32,850 nt of DNA from a virus. The stretch covers positions 1 through 32,850 of the IMG/VR virus record IMGVR_UViG_3300010163_000110; one strand, given 5' to 3'. The stretch's first letter is position 1. Each line of letters begins with the position of its first letter. Positions 32,558-32,850 of the stretch are shown here, piece by piece. The translations under genes and the position numbers were made by a program. The notes under the pieces were generated by a model. It saw only the letters and a program-made list of their open reading frames with translations, made no database searches and had not been told where the DNA came from.

Positions 32558-32797
32558 ATGCCTACCGTTTTGAACTTGTTCGGCCTCCGCTTCTACTTCT
32601 ATTCAAATGAGCACCAGCCCGTACACATCCACATAGAGAAGGACGGAGACGATGCGAAGATAGAGGTCGCAACGCGCACGGTGGTTTATAATCATGGTAT
32701 AAAGGCCAACGACCTGCGCCGCGCGTTGGAGATCATCGAAATGTATGAGGCCGAAATATACGAAAAGTGGTACAGTTATTTCAATGAAAATCAATAG
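32558..32797 (+). CDS. DUF4160-family protein
   Basis: MPTVLNLFGLRFYFYSNEHQPVHIHIEKDGDDAKI matches the DUF4160 opening. Start at the internal ATG rather than the track start at 32507. Confidence 0.7.
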   Translation: MPTVLNLFGLRFYFYSNEHQPVHIHIEKDGDDAKIEVATRTVVYNHGIKANDLRRALEIIEMYEAEIYEKWYSYFNENQ

Positions 32798-32800
32798 AAT

Positions 32801-32850
32801 ATGGAACGTATTTTAAAAACATGGACCGCGGGCGATTGGTTATATATTGC
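32801..32850 (+). CDS. Partial CDS, probably the DUF2442-like partner (runs off the window)
   Basis: ATG at 32801 lies 3 nt after the DUF4160 stop (MERILKTWTAGDWLYI). Partner identity inferred from the usual DUF4160-DUF2442 pairing. Confidence 0.35.
   Translation, partial: MERILKTWTAGDWLYI

Overview
Nearly the whole window is one temperate prophage. It is siphovirus-like: a tape-measure gene is present and no sheath gene was seen. The host is probably a GC-rich Bacteroidota, judged from TAnnTTTG-type promoter boxes, A-rich leaders without Shine-Dalgarno sequences, BACON-like Ig domains, and DUF4373- and DUF4160-like genes. The element sits directly downstream of a tRNA-Leu(CAG) gene (6-90). 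About 40 genes run on the minus strand, starting from a divergent switch at about 30.7 kb. In transcription order they are: a Cro-like gene; a 767-nt ORF-free structured GC-rich gap; an HTH gene; an LRR-repeat protein; a PAPS-reductase-like PP-loop enzyme; ASCH; YopX; a DNA methyltransferase; an exonuclease module; HNH; a DUF4373 replication protein with internal iterons; a sigma-like gene pair; terS and terL; a chaperone-like gene with a T9 slippery run; tail-tip genes and the tape measure; protease/scaffold, capsid and tail tube; portal, adaptor, BACON protein and tail fibre; and a lysis cassette. Gene junctions are very tight, many of them ATGA start/stop overlaps. Four morphogenesis/late blocks each begin with a conserved TATATATC motif 12-19 nt before the start codon, and three of the four follow a terminator hairpin. 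On the plus strand, an AT-rich operon (XRE repressor plus three unrecognised membrane, small and secreted proteins) occupies the classical immunity/exclusion position. A DUF4160/DUF2442-like pair follows at the right edge. No integrase, rRNA, CRISPR array or transposase was seen. All functional calls rest on motif recognition from memory of protein families; no database search was run. Start codons follow the supplied ORF track, corrected where an internal ATG forms a coupled junction.
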